63,258 bases of DNA, filler included, from Sphacelaria rigidula (GCA_964200075.2; 11 parts of 11 records of this genome joined end to end with filler, not necessarily neighbours in it), one strand, 5' to 3'; counted from the first letter of the whole stretch, positions 38,136 to 52,751 are shown. Notes: generated by a model from the sequence alone, not told the origin. Program-made: numbers and translations.

Positions 38136-39726
38136 CACACCCTGGACAATACAATATGTAATATATATATATATATATATTGCCCGCTCAATATATCGAG
38201 GCGTCGGGTGGTCAATATATATTGGGCGAGCATGATGACACGAGAGAGGGTCAATATATATTGTGCCATCAATATATCAAGGCTCGCGACATGCAATATA
38301 TATCGACCGGAAATATATATCGCGACACGCGCCACCTCAATATATATTGGCCGACTAATATGTTGGTGCGAGAAGGCACCAATATATATTTATCGGGCAA
38401 TAGATTCGCTGCCACCCGAGGTCAATATATATTGACGATTCAATATACTCGACACCCGAAGCGCCAATATATATTGGGTGGACAATACACGAGGGAACCG
38501 ACGGTCACAATACATGTTGATGTAGCAAAATATATTGATCTTCAACATTTAGATTGGAAAGTGTATTGGAATTAGTATTGTGGGCAGTTCTTTGTTCGCG
38601 GTCGCCATTCAAAGGCGTATTTTACATGCCGAAAATGCTCAACGTATTCCTCCGCAAGCGTGTTCAATATATATTGGCTGCACAATAGCTATCCGATCAG
38701 CGTGCGCAGTATATATTGGAAAAACAATGCTTCTGCATGGTTTGCGTTCAATATATATTATGGTAACAATATGCTACGCATCGCCTCGACTCAATATAAT
38801 TATTGACGCTTCAATACATACACGGCAGCCATGCACAATATATATTGACATACATCACTTCATGATCTATATGGTGTTGCTTCAATATCTCCGAGGACAT
38901 CTCAACACAATATATATTGAAAGGACAATATTTGCGCTGGCTCCAACACAAAGTATTGGTATCATATTGGAACATACTATATTGTCCAGGGTATCAGCAA
39001 CACAGCCCCGGTGACCACAGGGGTACCAAAAGGCGCATATCGACCCGCGTTTTCTGCCGTCGTGATGTTTAGCCAAGATATTTATATTACATGCTGGAAA
39101 GGGTATGGGCGGCCCCGCACCGGTGACCAGATGGGTATCAGGAAGCATATATACCGGGTCGCCTCTTCTGTCACCATATTTCCTAGCCAGTATATATATA
39201 TATATATATATATATCGAACGTATTCGACAACTTTCCGTAGTAATGCACGCGAACTTCTACGGCTCCCTTTAAAGCTTTTCCCAATCTTCACGGGCTCCG
39301 GCATCCATCGCGTCTGGATCTCTCCTAGAGCGTACACGATACCTATAATATCTCGTATATATTGACCGGCCAATACATTGTCACCCACGCAGACCCAACA
39401 TATATTGACCGGTCAATATGTTCTCATCAATGCGACCCTAATATATGTTGGTCGTGCAATACATTGTCGCCCACGCTGCCCCAATATATATCGATGGGAC
39501 AATATGTGTTCAACCCAGTAGTACCGATATATATATATATATATATGGAGCGGGCAATATGTATGCAGTCCCACGATATCAATATATATATATTGGGCGC
39601 GCAATACATGTACAGTCTAAGGGTACCAATATATATATATATATATTACATCGGCAATATATCGCGCCATTCCAATATGATCGACTAATATATATATTGG
39701 AAACATATTGTATTGTCCAGGGTGTG
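38136..39726. mobile_element. TIR element(s) with CACACCCTGGACAATACAATATGT ends and dense CAATATATATTG subterminal motifs (CACTA/EnSpm-like architecture)
   Basis: Perfect 24-bp inverted termini; extra internal right-end copy at ~38980-38992; another left end at 50911. Confidence 0.8.
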
Positions 39727-40221
39727 GAAAAGATTCAACTAGCTCGTAGCGTTGGCCAGCTGCCTCCTTCTCGACCGTATCCGCCTCTATGTCCGGGGAG
39801 CGCATGTGCATGGTGAATGTCTTCTATTACGCCACGACGAGACCGAATGCTGCACAGACCTCGAAGATGACCGCCATCATCTTTGACAGTCTTTCTCGAG
39901 ACCGCGAGCCCACACCAGCGTCATCGGCGTAGAGCATGGCCCAGAGCACTTCTCTGAGCTCGTCCTTGGTTTTCCCGCCTCTTTGAGCGATTCGGATGAA
40001 ATCCTGCACCACCACTTTATTGATCGAGAAGCGGTCGAACGATACCGTCATCACCGCTGCGAAACAGATGTTGAGCAGTTCGGGGGAAAGTACACAACCT
40101 TGGCAGAGGCCCTGGTTTCCACTCAAATGCCTCGCCGCTGTCTAGGCGTACCCATGCCTGCATGCCGTCATGGAATTGGCGGATGATGGAAATTACCTTG
40201 GCGGGTATACCGTAGCGTGCT
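39727..40221 (-). mobile_element. RTE LINE RT fragment
   Basis: ARYGIPAKVISIIRQFHDGM, QGLCQGCVLSPELLN, MLYADD; close relative of 2600-3100. Confidence 0.93.
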
Positions 40222-41175
40222 NNNNNNNNNNNNNNNNNNNNNNNNNNNNNNNNNNNNNNNNNNNNTTAATTAATTAANNNNNNNNNNNNNNNNNNNNNNN
40301 NNNNNNNNNNNNNNNNNNNNNGTGGTGTGTTCGGCTAGTCGCATGAAGGGTGAGCTGAATCTTACTAAGATTGTTCGGCCCGAAGCCTACTGATTAACTT
40401 GCATTTGGATGACAGCCTACTATGAGTTACTTCATTCTCTGGTATCGCCACATCTAGAGACAGCCAGGACTTATAGGTGTCTCATCATGGGGAGGGGGGG
40501 GATCACAGTAAGTGCCGGTGATTCCACGGGAAATAATAACGCTAGCAAGAAACGCTTGGACACTTGCAACCGCTCGTCAATCGATTCTCCACCTCTTTCG
40601 CCCACCACCTCCCCAAGTGGATCCTGAGTGGCCCGCCGGGAAAAAGATAGAGCACAACTGCTCCGGCAAACAAATAGCATTAGTGCATGGATCAGGGCTT
40701 GGAAACCACGGGATACATATTATTCCGGTGATATTGTCACTAGGGGGTGGTGGCCGCAAAACTGACATGAGCCGCTCAGCTACTGCGCCGGGATTACCGG
40801 CACCAAGGGTCGACTGAAGATGCTGTTGCGAAAAAACGGTCCGGTGCACACAGGTGTACATGTACGATGCTCCAGCTACGAAGGTTCTGACAAGCTTCGC
40901 CGTCAGAGAGCTCCAAAAACTCCCGAACGAGAGGACCGTTGCAATCTCTCGCGGGTTCGATCAACGATGGCCCCATGCTACGAAATCCACTTTTGAGTAC
41001 GTCAGGGCGGGGTTCCCGACTTGAGCAAACAGAAAAAATAGGGCGTGTTTTTTTCATCTCCCATACGATACGATTTGAAAAACCATGCCACACAACGACC
41101 CTCTTAATGGACAAAGTCCAAGGTGTTTGCGTGAGCGTCATCCTCCAACTTGTGTATGCGCGCGTCATACTCCAG

Positions 41176-41221
<46 letters not shown>

Positions 41222-41249
41222 TCCTTTTGAGCTACGGCAGGTACTGTAC

Positions 41250-43986
41250 CTGCGGCGAAATCCTTGATACTCGCAAGCGTGCTCCCTCTCGATGGTAATC
41301 GTGGCCGTTACCGTATCCCCCACTGCCACTTGGCTCTCACCCCAAGTTTCCGCCACGATGCTTTTTACCTGAGAAATAAAGTTGATCAGGAAATAAATAC
41401 GAAATAAATACAAACGAAATCAACGGACCGATGGGCGAACGGACGCAAGCTTTGGGATGTTTCTGGCCGTTTTTGTGAACGAATGCGGCAAGAAGTGGGC
41501 CCTAACATGGAGTAAGAGAAACTGGAAAGAAATAGAGTTTTCACAAAGAAACAACACTATCGGTCGAGAGCAGACGATGCATGGGCTTGGGGATAATATT
41601 TCGCCGATTTTTTTCGGCAAACGAAAGAAGTGGCCCTCAACACTTGGCCCAACAAAATACTCGTATCCAGGGAAGGGCGGGGGCTTGCGGTGAGGCTGAC
41701 CAAACCGAAAAAGACAAGATAGTACTCAGGGGGGGGGGGGAATCGAACGTTGTTTCTCCCTTGATTCCCCAGAAAACATGAAAAAGACGTGCCACAGCGA
41801 AGCTTCCACCTTGTCTTGGACGCAGTGGGCTACCAGCCTGGCAGAATTGCACCACGACAAGGCCTCGTACTACACTGGTGGATTACAGTTTTCAAAACAT
41901 CGTTCAAGCAACTTTCGACCACCGACATGCCCTCCAAGCGAATCCTACGAGCGTATTAAGAAGTGGGTCGGGGCGTAACAGTACCGGGAGACGAAAAACA
42001 CGCAGCACAGCACGGAAGCTGACAAAAAACATTGGCGTAGCCGCCGCTGCACACCAGTAATGGGGTTACTCGAGTACTGTACGGTGGCGGATTGGACATG
42101 GGACCAGCGATCTTGACGGCGATGCAAGAGACTGATACGCCCCACTTCGAGTAACTTTGCATCTGCATAGTACCCGACTGCAGTCGAATTGGTCCACCCT
42201 TTGCAGCGTATTGCCACAGAGACCTTCACCTTTACTCGAGGGACAGCCGCATCCAGGTCAAGATCGGTCTCTGCCGCCTGCGCACTCAGCGCCTCGCCAT
42301 CTTCAGATGACCACAGTCGGCGCCGCAGCATCGCCTTCGCCTCGACCACCGTGCCCAACAGCCGAGGCGACTCTCGCTCCGCCGCGACCCGGAGACACGC
42401 ATCCAGCAGCGGCTCGGCGAGGCCAAACAGAGCCTCCTGCTCATCACTCAGCGCTCGCGCCGCCTGCGCCTGCGCCTCCGTCATCGCGGCGGCCCCTGCA
42501 AGACCACCCGAAGCAATTCCGTTTCCCTCAGTGGCCCCCGTCGCCGTCTCTGCTGCGGATTTTTCATCATCACCATCCCGATGAGGCTTATCCTCGTTCC
42601 CGGAATCATCGTCAGCACTGTTGGACGACGCCGTGTCGCTGTCGACCGCGGAGTCGACAACCACACCCTCTCGGTACAACGCACTCAGTAGCACGATCAG
42701 ATTGTGCGTCATCACCTCCTTCAGATCGGACGAAGAGCGCGCCGCCCTGCGGTTGCCTTCGCCTCGCCTCCCCTTGCTGAAGAACTCCTCCTCTACCTCG
42801 CCCGTGTCCTCCGTAGCTTCACCGACACCGACACTCTCTTCCGCGACCGCTCCATTGCTGCCGCCGCTCCCGTGTTTCCCTTTGCCGGCACTGCTACCGC
42901 CTTTTCCCTTCCCTCTACCCTTTCCTTTTCCTTTACCACCGCCGTTGCGAGCAGTGCGTCCGGACTCTCGCGGCACCGCCGAACGCAGCGAAGACGCCCC
43001 TCGCGCAACGAGTCTCCGCAGGATAGGCTTGGTCGTCGGCGACATGTCTTTGGCGAGGGCTCGGCGCTCCTCCGTGCATAGCTGCGGGCAGGCCGCCAGA
43101 CACTCGATCACGTCTTCGGTGGAACTAGACTCGTCTAGGTTGTTGAGCAAAGCCTGACGTTTTTGTTTGTGTTTGTTTGGGATTTTCGTGAGGGAAGGAG
43201 GAGGGGGAGGGGGAGGGGTAGGAAATGTACAGAACGACGACATTTGAGCATGTGAGCGTTTAGGGTTGGCGTCTCCGGGGTGAGTGAACTACTATGGGAG
43301 CCGAAGACACTCAACAATACAAAAAAGACGATTTCGGCACAACACAAGAATTTGAAAACACAGAATACGCGTGTTGGGCTCACCGTCAACTTTCACTTCC
43401 TCCCGCTAGAAACATTGAGGTCGCATAGACGCGAACACAAACAAGCCGCGGGTGTGATTGAGAGGTGTTTTGATTTTGGGCCGGAGGCTGGCGGAAAAAT
43501 CTCCCGCCCCCCTCGCCAGCCAATTGAGGAGGACGAACACACGTGGAAAACACACGCACGCACGCACATACACACACACACACACGCACGCACACAAGAA
43601 ACATGCATGCAACCGCCGCGTTGGGCTTGTCCTTCCCACAAACCCCTTCTTCCATTAGCGGTCGTTTTCTGTTGAGCCTGCGGCAGACACGGACAAGAAG
43701 AAAAACAAAACTGATCTCTGAACCATTGCAGAATACTATCCTACGGAATAAATATATTGAGCGCCCGAACGGCCAGCCATCGGCCAATTTACGCCTATGC
43801 TATTGCCATTCTCCCAGAGTCAGCGGAACTGTCAGATCCGTCAGTTGGCCGCGGGCGCTACAAGGGTTGATGTCGCACCTGCACGTCTTCTTGAGTAACC
43901 TTAAATGCCGGCGCCTTTTGACGTGAATTGGGGTCCAGCATGTCCAGGAAGGCTTTCACGCTCACCACGAACCCCACGAGAACCGC
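41250..43986 (-). CDS. SEC63-like protein, internal exons 43986-43879, 43153-42230, 41368-41250 (probable further exons at ~40450-40990)
   Basis: GT-AG, phase-compatible exons: hydrophobic AVLVGFVVSVK, then ALLNNLDE..DVIECLAACPQ, helical region, and VAETWGESQVAVGDTVTATITIEREH resembling the start of the Sec63/Brl Ig-like subdomain. Confidence 0.6.
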
Positions 43987-44781
43987 CTGTAAAGAAACCA
44001 AACAAAAGAAGGGAGCGTCAGCAAAGTGCAGAGCGCAAGAGGGGGGGCGGGGGCGAGGGTGGGGGGGTTCTCATGATCTCGCATGTCGTATGACTACCAC
44101 GACCATTGACCTCGCTTTCATACGAAGCCGGGACGGAGCACGCCGGGTTCTCGACGGACCAGGCTCGCAATCAATCATCAAGCAAAAGCACCCTGATATG
44201 TTGGGCAAGTCGCATGAAGGGTGAGCTGCATCTTGCTAAGATTGTCCGGCTCGAAGCGTACTGATCATCTTGCATTTGGATGACAGCCTACAATAAGTTG
44301 CTTCATTTTCTGGTATCGCCACTTCCAGAGACAGCCACGTCTTATACACTGCCTCATGGATGTCTCACCAGCGGTGGAGGCGGGCGTACTCATTTGTTGA
44401 TGACCTTAGTCGTTTGACCATTGACCACGCATCCCTTGCGAGACGGACCACGCGGGGGGGCGGGGTTACCAGTTCTAAATGCTTGTGTAGCGTCCGCAGC
44501 ACGTGTTTTTTCTCAAATTCGCGCCCCCGGCGCCGATTCAAACCCTACCAGCGCACGCTTCGCCCAAGGACACCACTTACATCTCCCTTGCCCAAGGGTT
44601 CTCGGTTTGCCTCGGGTTGGGACCTATAGTAGGTTACGGTTAAAGCCTTCAGGACTGACAAGAAGAAAGGATGTCTCAACGAACAACAGATTCTTGGCGA
44701 GAGATTCCCGTAAACCCATCTCAACCAGTCCCGTAATCGATTGAAAAAAACCACAAGAGTTGCTCCGCAAAAGCCCTTCAC

Positions 44782-45042
44782 CTCTGCCTCCAGCACCTCC
44801 GCATCTGATCTCAGAACAGAATATGATGTCACCACTACATTGGGCATCCCGCCGCTCGCTCCCCCCACACACCACCCGTCCCCTCTTCTCTTTGCAGCCC
44901 CCCCGGCGGTCGGTCGATGGCCGGCGCTGGCGCCGGGATCGGTGAGTCCCATTTGCGCTGCTAGCTGTTTGCGTCTGGACGGCGAACCAGTATATGCCAC
45001 TGGACGGAGTAGGTCCTCCTGGAAGTACCGTGAGCACTCAGC
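44782..45042 (-). CDS. Single exon of a SNF2 ATPase most like BTAF1/MOT1
   Basis: CAG|AECSRYFQEDLLRPVAYTGSPSRRKQL...NVVVTSYSVLRSDAEVLEAE|GTGAAG, the segment between motif Ia and the DEGH box. Confidence 0.72.
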
Positions 45043-48000
45043 CTGATTTGGAGGGGGGGGGGAAGATGGAAGGATGATTATCTATCGGAATCTGAGGGGC
45101 ATGAATAAGGATAAGTAGGCAGTGTCCAGGAGTTTTGTCTAGACTTGTACAGCATGACCAATGCTGCAACCAGATGCACCTAGCGACAAGCCGTCACCCA
45201 TGCCGTTGCCCCCCAAGTTTGTGACATCAACACATGGATTAAGACAACGTCGACGCAGAGGGGGGATAGACTAGGTGAAGCTTTGGAAGTGAGCATCAAA
45301 CACGGTTCTACAGTGTTAGCAGTGCTACCTTCGTGCTTTGTACTTGCTCATACCACACAACAATGCCAGTCGGGGAGTGCCAAATTAGAAAAATATGCAA
45401 CACGTACTTACGATTTCTAGAGATTTCGATATATTTTACTATTCATGTGAACAAAAAGCAAGGCCGTGGAGCAGGATGCGACTATTAATGAGCTGTCTGA
45501 AGGCCGTACTAGCGGGCAGACATTCTTTCAGTCGCTGTAACTATCATTATTATTTCCGCACATTAGCCTGATCTCTCGAACCCGATGTAACAGACATAGG
45601 TTCGCCTTCCCAATACCATCCCTGCTATTCCTTACAAGAGATAGAGCTCTCATCGTTTCTTCTGAGACCCCCCGCCCGAAAAATAAAGTATACACATATT
45701 TATGTATATACTTCTTCTGTCCCATAAGTAAAGGTACCTAAATTTGTACGGGCCCTTCACGACGTCCGATCGTTTTTATTTTTATTGTATGAACTCTACG
45801 GTGCTTTTTGGGTTAAGAAAATGTGTTTGAAATTTGCAGCTCGTGCTTGAACCACGCCGCCGAACGGCTGCAAAAAAAGTAGTCGGCCCAAAAATGGCCG
45901 ATTTTTGCCCCTTTCCGAGGGGAAAAAAAGTGTCGATTTTTTTTGATGATTTTTTTTTAAGCCCTAGCTAGACAACAGGACNNNNNNNNNNNNNNNNNNN
46001 NNNNNNNNNNNNNNNNNNNNNNNNNTTAATTAATTAANNNNNNNNNNNNNNNNNNNNNNNNNNNNNNNNNNNNNNNNNNNNCGCACCCCTACCTGATGCG
46101 CACCGTCTCTTTCCCCCCGCTGTCACTGACACCTTTTCCACGAACCAGACGAACCTCCCCGACGGAGACACGATCGAGCTCGACCAGGCCTTGGAGGATG
46201 TCGTGTCTAATGTCGCCGGAGTCGAGAATGCCCAGCTGCTCGGCATGATGAGTCCAAGTCTTTTCGATCGTGAGTACCCGCCTGGCGTTGAATGTGTCGG
46301 TATCGTCATCGCGTGGTGCCAAGCAAATGGATACGTTTGGAAGCATCATTCTCACACGGGACAGAAGGACGTCCTGTTTGCGCCAGTTTCTAGTTTGAAG
46401 TTGTTGAAATTGGTCCAGCTGTATTGAAGCGCCCGATTTATCGACTGCAACCTGCCCCATTAACTCTTGCGATCACCCGTACCCTTCGACGCTGCCCCCG
46501 ATCAATCATTTCCGCAGGATCATGCAGAAGACGTGCGAGACGCATCTCTTCAAGTGTCGACGCTCGGCGTGACATCAAATTGCGCAGAGTCAGCGGTTTG
46601 TGTAGGCCACGTACCGTCCCTCAAGGAAGGGAGCACGGATGGGGTAGAGGTGGAGCAGGAGCGGTGGTCTTGGAGTCTACCGAGACCCAGCGTCCGGTGT
46701 TCATTGTACCGTTGATTGCTGTTCAGCACAGCATGATGTTTTTTTTGGTTAGCCAGTTTCAAGTGCTCCCGGTGTTTCGCAGTTAATTTGCTGATGTGGT
46801 AGTATGTGTTTTCCCGTGTTGATGGATTATGAGCTATTCTTGATGGGTCCGTCGGCACATGTTTTGAGTGCATTTTCGGAAATCCGATGCGGTTGGCGAG
46901 AGTCCCTGGCAAAATCGATTTGCTGCAGCTCATAGACGGGAGGCGCTCCATTGGCTTCGTGCAAGAAAATTTGTTATGATCCTCTGCCATCGAGGGTGAG
47001 ATCATGGAACAGAACCCAGGGTCCCACCACGTTTTGCGACTTTTCTCGGCACGAAAAGGCGGGGTATCAGCAATCATATCACACGCGATGACTTGCGCTT
47101 TCAAAAACAACGACGGAAACTGCGGCGAAATGTTTGAACAGAAAAGTGATTTCAAGATATCCACGAGTCCCAAGTCCACACGACGAATGGTGTCATCAAC
47201 TGCATTTATTTGCGAATGAATTCTGGCACACCCTGGCTAAATCGTATCTTTTACTCAAACTGCACGACTCACACTACTTTGGAGACCTCTTGAACGGTGC
47301 ATTTTCCCACAAATGCGACCTGTGGGCCAGTGCGCAACATTTTTCAACATTATTCTGCCATTCCATTCAGGCAACGGGTGGCAAGAATGTTCCAACATGC
47401 TACACATGTAAACTTTTCGTCTCATCATCGGAACCGGGGCAGCGAGACATGTTATGAATAAAACCTCCCTCTCAATCGTACTTTCAACGCTCGATTTCAC
47501 GGAAACATTGTTAGGTTTGCCGGCAGGATTTTGCACCAATGTGCGAGGGAAGCGTTTTGTTCATTAAATGATGCAGACACACCCGGCCGCTGAAAGCCAT
47601 GAAAATCCTGCTCTCTATCGTATCCTAGATTCTCGATCTCACGAAAACATTGTTATAGGGTGCTCTCTTCTTATCCGGTAAAGGCCTGACTCACGATAAT
47701 GTATACCGGGTCTCCCTCCGATATCATTGTAGTGCATGCATGGTGAAGCGGCATGCTATGATGACGTCTCGAGGACAGTCCGAAAGACGTCACATCATCA
47801 CCCATATATATTTTCATTAACGGTTGTTCATCGCTTTGCACCCTTTCGGAGGCGAGGCGCGCGTACAGTAGTAGCAGCCGTACGTCTTGATTTATGCCTA
47901 CACATATGCAATACGTGTTACACTATTTCGTCGTGCTGCCTTGAAAACCCGATCACGACCAGGATGGTTCATCTGAATCTCGAACAACAAACGCTCTTGA

Positions 48001-49594
48001 AGTCACGAACAAACGTTGATTTCACAAATGATATCCCTGACTTCACAACAAACGAGCGTTATCATGCTATCGAAGTGGGCACAACGCACCATACAAAACA
48101 CAACGTCCTTGCGCATGCAAACAGAACAACGCCTCCCAACACAAACTACCGTACACAGTAATGCTGCCTGCTGTGGAAATCTGGTCGATACTATACGCCA
48201 TATCATTTCGTCTCGCTCCACTCTCCCGCGTTTCACTTTCCCATGTCTACCCCATGACACATGCCCCTGCCCACACAATTTTCCTACTACCGATTCAACG
48301 GTGAACGAACACTTTGGGTGGAGGAAACAAACACCTGCGGGAGAAGAAAAAAAAAAGACCACCTAAGGCATCGGAAGACGAGGTTGACGCATCCCAGCTG
48401 CTAGTAAATTCAGTCCTTCAAGTAAATCATGCACCAGGAAAAACACGGGCCGAGTACATAAAAAAATGATTTCATGGGATTGAGAGTAGCGGATACTATT
48501 GAGAGTGAAAAGTGGTCAATGAGCGAATGAATAATTTCAGTTCCGAAATGCCCCTCCACGAGGCCCGATGTTATTTCTGTAGTAGCTTGCCACTGAGGCC
48601 TTCGATATCCCTGAGTAGGATATCCACGTGTAGCTGTAAGCAGCCGGCAGTGGAAGACGCAAAGAAAAACACACACGGAATGAAAATTTGTCGAAGTTTG
48701 AGCGAATGATCACAGCCAATCTCAATCAGCGCTCTACTCTCAATCTCACGAAAACGTTGTTAGAAGTTATAACCCGTTCCAACTCACACGCCGAATTCAC
48801 GCCACGAAAGATACGGTGCTGTCACGACATATGTGGTGTTGGTGACAAACCCATGTCTTTGACGCTGCTTTTTTTTTTGTTCGTATTTCGTCAAATAATT
48901 ACTGAACATGCCGCGCCGAGCGAAAGGCCCAAAGTTCCCGAGAGCACAGCAGTACAACGAACAGTACAGTATATCTTGGACAAGGTTGGCGAAATACAAG
49001 AAGAAACTAAAAATTACATATTGAAAAGAAACAGAAACAGGCGAAACAAAAAGCGACCCATCTACCCATCTCTTCCTGCAGCGAAATTTCAGATGAGAGC
49101 GTCACAAAAAAAAACTCGTGAAACATCACCAAAAAATGGGGAAAACAGCTCATGCCCGCCGACCCTTCCGTCGTCCTCCACTGTTATCTAATATTTCAGA
49201 ACCACAACACTACAACCATGTCCCTCTACGCCTCCCCCCCCCTTGCCCCACCGTTCATCATTGTTCAGGGTCAATTCATGTATCCACCCATGAGCCTGAT
49301 CAGAATAGCCCACGCCATATAAAACCTCCTTCCAACGTGACGCCAACAATTGGAATATCGGCTCCACAGCAGTCGGACCCCCTCTTTCCGAGTAGATTTC
49401 GTCAGCATTCGTCAGCATTCGTCAGCTCCGATTTGCCCTCCCATTCTGCTCTATCTGTTGATGATACCGGCAATTATTTACTCAAAAAGCTTGCACGCCA
49501 TTCTACGTTCGGACCATTTCCTTCTTCACTGTACTCATCAAGCCCCCCCCGCGCGCGTGCTTCTCACCGCGCCCCTTGTTCGTCACCCCTTAAA

Positions 49595-50130
49595 TCACGC
49601 GCAAGCCTCTTCTGACCGTGGCAAGCGTTCCGCAAACCGACCTCGCTCTTGCGCCTGCGCGTGACCGGAGAAGCACCCTCCCCCTCCCCCTCCCCCTCCC
49701 CCGGCTCCTGCCTCACCGCCCACCCCTGCACCGCCGCCCCTATTACTTCCCCCCGAGCCCCCAGCGTCACTGCGCGAGCCGTCAATCTTTTCAACGTCGG
49801 CCATTATCTGATCGGGGGGCGTTGCCGCTGCTGGGGCGTCGTTGAATCCGGTGGCGTTCGGTTCGCTGCGAGAAGCAATCGCGTTTGGGGTCGTTGGTTG
49901 TCGAAGAGGGGAGAGGGAACCTCCTGCTTGTTGTTGTATCAATTTGGTGACCGCAGTGGGTGTAGTGGTAGCAGTGCTGTCGCTACTATTACCATTGTTG
50001 CCGTTTCGGTTGCTCCCACTATTGCCGCCGCCGCCGTCTTCGCCGCCGCTCTCGTTCAATCCGTGTTCATGTCCCACCAGCGCCGAGAGAAAACTGGGGT
50101 GCTGCATGAGAGCAGATAGGCCCTCCTTGA
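49595..50130 (-). CDS. Putative low-complexity (Gly/Asn/Ser-rich) exon, unknown protein
   Basis: Long open GC-rich frame LKEGLSALMQHPSFLSALVG...; pyrimidine-rich sequence upstream. Confidence 0.45.
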
Positions 50131-52751
50131 GCTGCCCATATGCCAAAAGACAACCGACCGACGCACCCGACGCCGAAAGAGCGCAAATACGAGACAGTAC
50201 AGGGCGGGGAGGAGGGGGGGGAGGAGAGAAAAGGAGAAAACATCACTAGAGGAAAACAAGGTGAAATCATGGGCGGCATGCGAGACTGCACTGCACGGTA
50301 AGATAACGCCCCATCCTCCTCGTCTCAGCAACCACGCGCGCCCCCAGATGTTATACCTCGCACGCACTCTCAAGAAAAAAGGTGTCAACAAGGGACAGTA
50401 TCTCCCAAAATACGTGCACGGCATCGTTAGGTGCAGGAAGGGATACTGGACAAAAACTTTTGAAGGCCGAGATCTTTTTCACACAAATGTTTTATTCTGT
50501 CCCTTCTGCTCTGACTGGGTTCGGGCATTCTGCGCGGTAACCAGAGACGGAGAGAAGGCAACGTGGAATACTTTGCCGAGAGCGTACCTGCAACATCGAT
50601 CGGTACGGCACAGCCAGCACTCTCGGGCGGAGGTTCGCGAGGAGTTAGAACGCCACCTCAAGACTAAACATGAGACTCTGTGGAACCAAAGAAGATGCCT
50701 CCGACACAAAGGCTGGGATGGGCGTCCCATCATATTTGTTTTCATTTTCTCTGTAAACCTCGGCTTCAGTTCGGTATGCGCGATTTTTCTCAATATTATT
50801 ATTTTATTTATTTATTTCACGCTTTTTTTCTTCAATCCCAGCTTGAACTCTTCAAGCGCAAACTAGGCGCGCTTTATGCGCCTCATTCCCGTCCTTGTTG
50901 TGGTGTTGTGCACACCCTGGACAATAGACGGCATCCATTGCAATAGCAATAGAATTTAGCGCAGTAGATGCAGATATTGTCGTCCGTAATGCCCGTCAAT
51001 CGACAAGTTTCCCTTTTTATTGTCATCGGCAATGTTTATCAGTAGAGCGCTTTCCCACACTATTGCTCGGGCAGCAGTTTATTGTGGCCCTACACCTAAA
51101 ACTGCTGTGTACAACATCTATTGAGGGCGGCAATGAATATCGATAATTACACTCCAGAATCTATTGTGGTACGGTATACAGTGCCGGGCGATATTCTCTG
51201 TCATCGAATGCCACACCTATAGCACATTGCAACATACCATGTAGAGAATATATTATACTCTGTTGAAGCTCGGTAGGGAAGCCGCAGGTGAACATACAGT
51301 GGTTATATGATGACACTATTTGTGAAAATATAACGTCACGATTCTGCAAATTTGGAACCGTTGTATGATGTAGGAACCCGCAATATGTGTGGACAAAAAT
51401 TTACAAGTTTGTTGTCAGTGTGATGTCGGTCCTCAGGGTTCATTCCTCTGATGGACATGAGCGCTTACAAACACGAGATTTTACAAATTGGGGATGGATT
51501 TTTACTGGGGATGAAAGCCCGGAAAATTAACATCTTATCCACAACAAATTTTCGATGCGTCGATTTCTTCACTTGCTGGTAGCTTTTGACAACTACGACA
51601 CGCCAAACAAATTTCGGTGGGTTTCAGGTGTCCGATCGGACGCCAAAATTGTTTCTTCACCCACGAGCTGGGCCAGCTTAACCCTATTGGGACTGGGCCT
51701 CCACAACGATCAACGAGGCTGGTTAGGAATGACGTGTCCTNNNNNNNNNNNNNNNNNNNNNNNNNNNNNNNNNNNNNNNNNNNNTTAATTAATTAANNNN
51801 NNNNNNNNNNNNNNNNNNNNNNNNNNNNNNNNNNNNNNNNATCGTTAGGAGCCTCTCAACCAGACAAAATTTCGCGAAAAAAGTGCACCCCTACCGTAGC
51901 ATTGCTCTAGACATTTGTGGAGTTTGAGCATGGCTCGAGATATTTCTGTTTTTGTGTCGTATTATTACTTTTCCATTCCGGTTTTCGACGGTATAGGTTT
52001 TCAAGTCATGGCTGAGCCGTGAACGGGGGGGCTAGTTGACTATGCTCACGCTCTGCCATGAACAACGCTGACGTAGGATACAGTGCGGTACAAATAACAT
52101 GCACCATGTTGCAATTGCGGAGGATTTGGTAACCAATCAGAGGAGTAATGTCTATGACGTAGATTATGCGAGTACAGTCACGTGTGCAGTGCGAGCAGCT
52201 GGGTTCCCCATCCCCCACTTCGATCATTCCCTCTTGGTCCATCTTGGTTCTCTGGGTGCCATCTACCTGCCTTGCTCTGAGGGTTAACATACGTGTATGT
52301 GGTGAGTCTGTGCGCGTGTGGTATTGAGTGGGAGAAATTGAGCATGTATTATCGTGTGAGTGAGGTTGATTGGAGTGTGTGAAAGTAAACAGGGTGAAGT
52401 GAAGAGATAATCGAAACGTGTTCTGGAACCATCTATAACTACTACTTATTACCTGAGCTAAGGTGCTGACCCCTGTTCACACACTTGAATTTTGTGGACG
52501 CTTACCCGTAACAGAGCGGTCGATTATCCCCAGGGTCTTCTGCCGGACTGTTCCTGCGGGCTAGTTCTTACCCTTGGTTCCAAGAAAATTCGCAGTCATG
52601 GCTATACTGTTGTGGAGTTCTTCTCATTCATTCATTCACCATGAGCGTGACACTTATTTATGAATATCAAGGAAATTCGCTCCACTATATCTCCAACTAC
52701 TGCGGGATGGATGTCACACTCGCACAAAAAACACGAGGGAATTATCCGTAC

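Noticed and set aside
38136..39726. CRISPR-like repeat/spacer appearance
   Set aside because: Repeats are short, degenerate, irregularly spaced and enclosed by TIRs; no cas genes; eukaryotic context.
41179..41219. (TG)n and other microsatellites (TA at ~34352, AGC/AGCA at ~17417)
   Set aside because: Ordinary simple repeats; ORFs through them are spurious.
42157..43157. Several long plus-strand ORFs
   Set aside because: Antisense shadows of the GC-rich SEC63-like exon.
50261..50866. 201-aa plus-strand ORF
   Set aside because: No recognisable motif, runs into low-complexity T-rich sequence; probably spurious or antisense to an exon.
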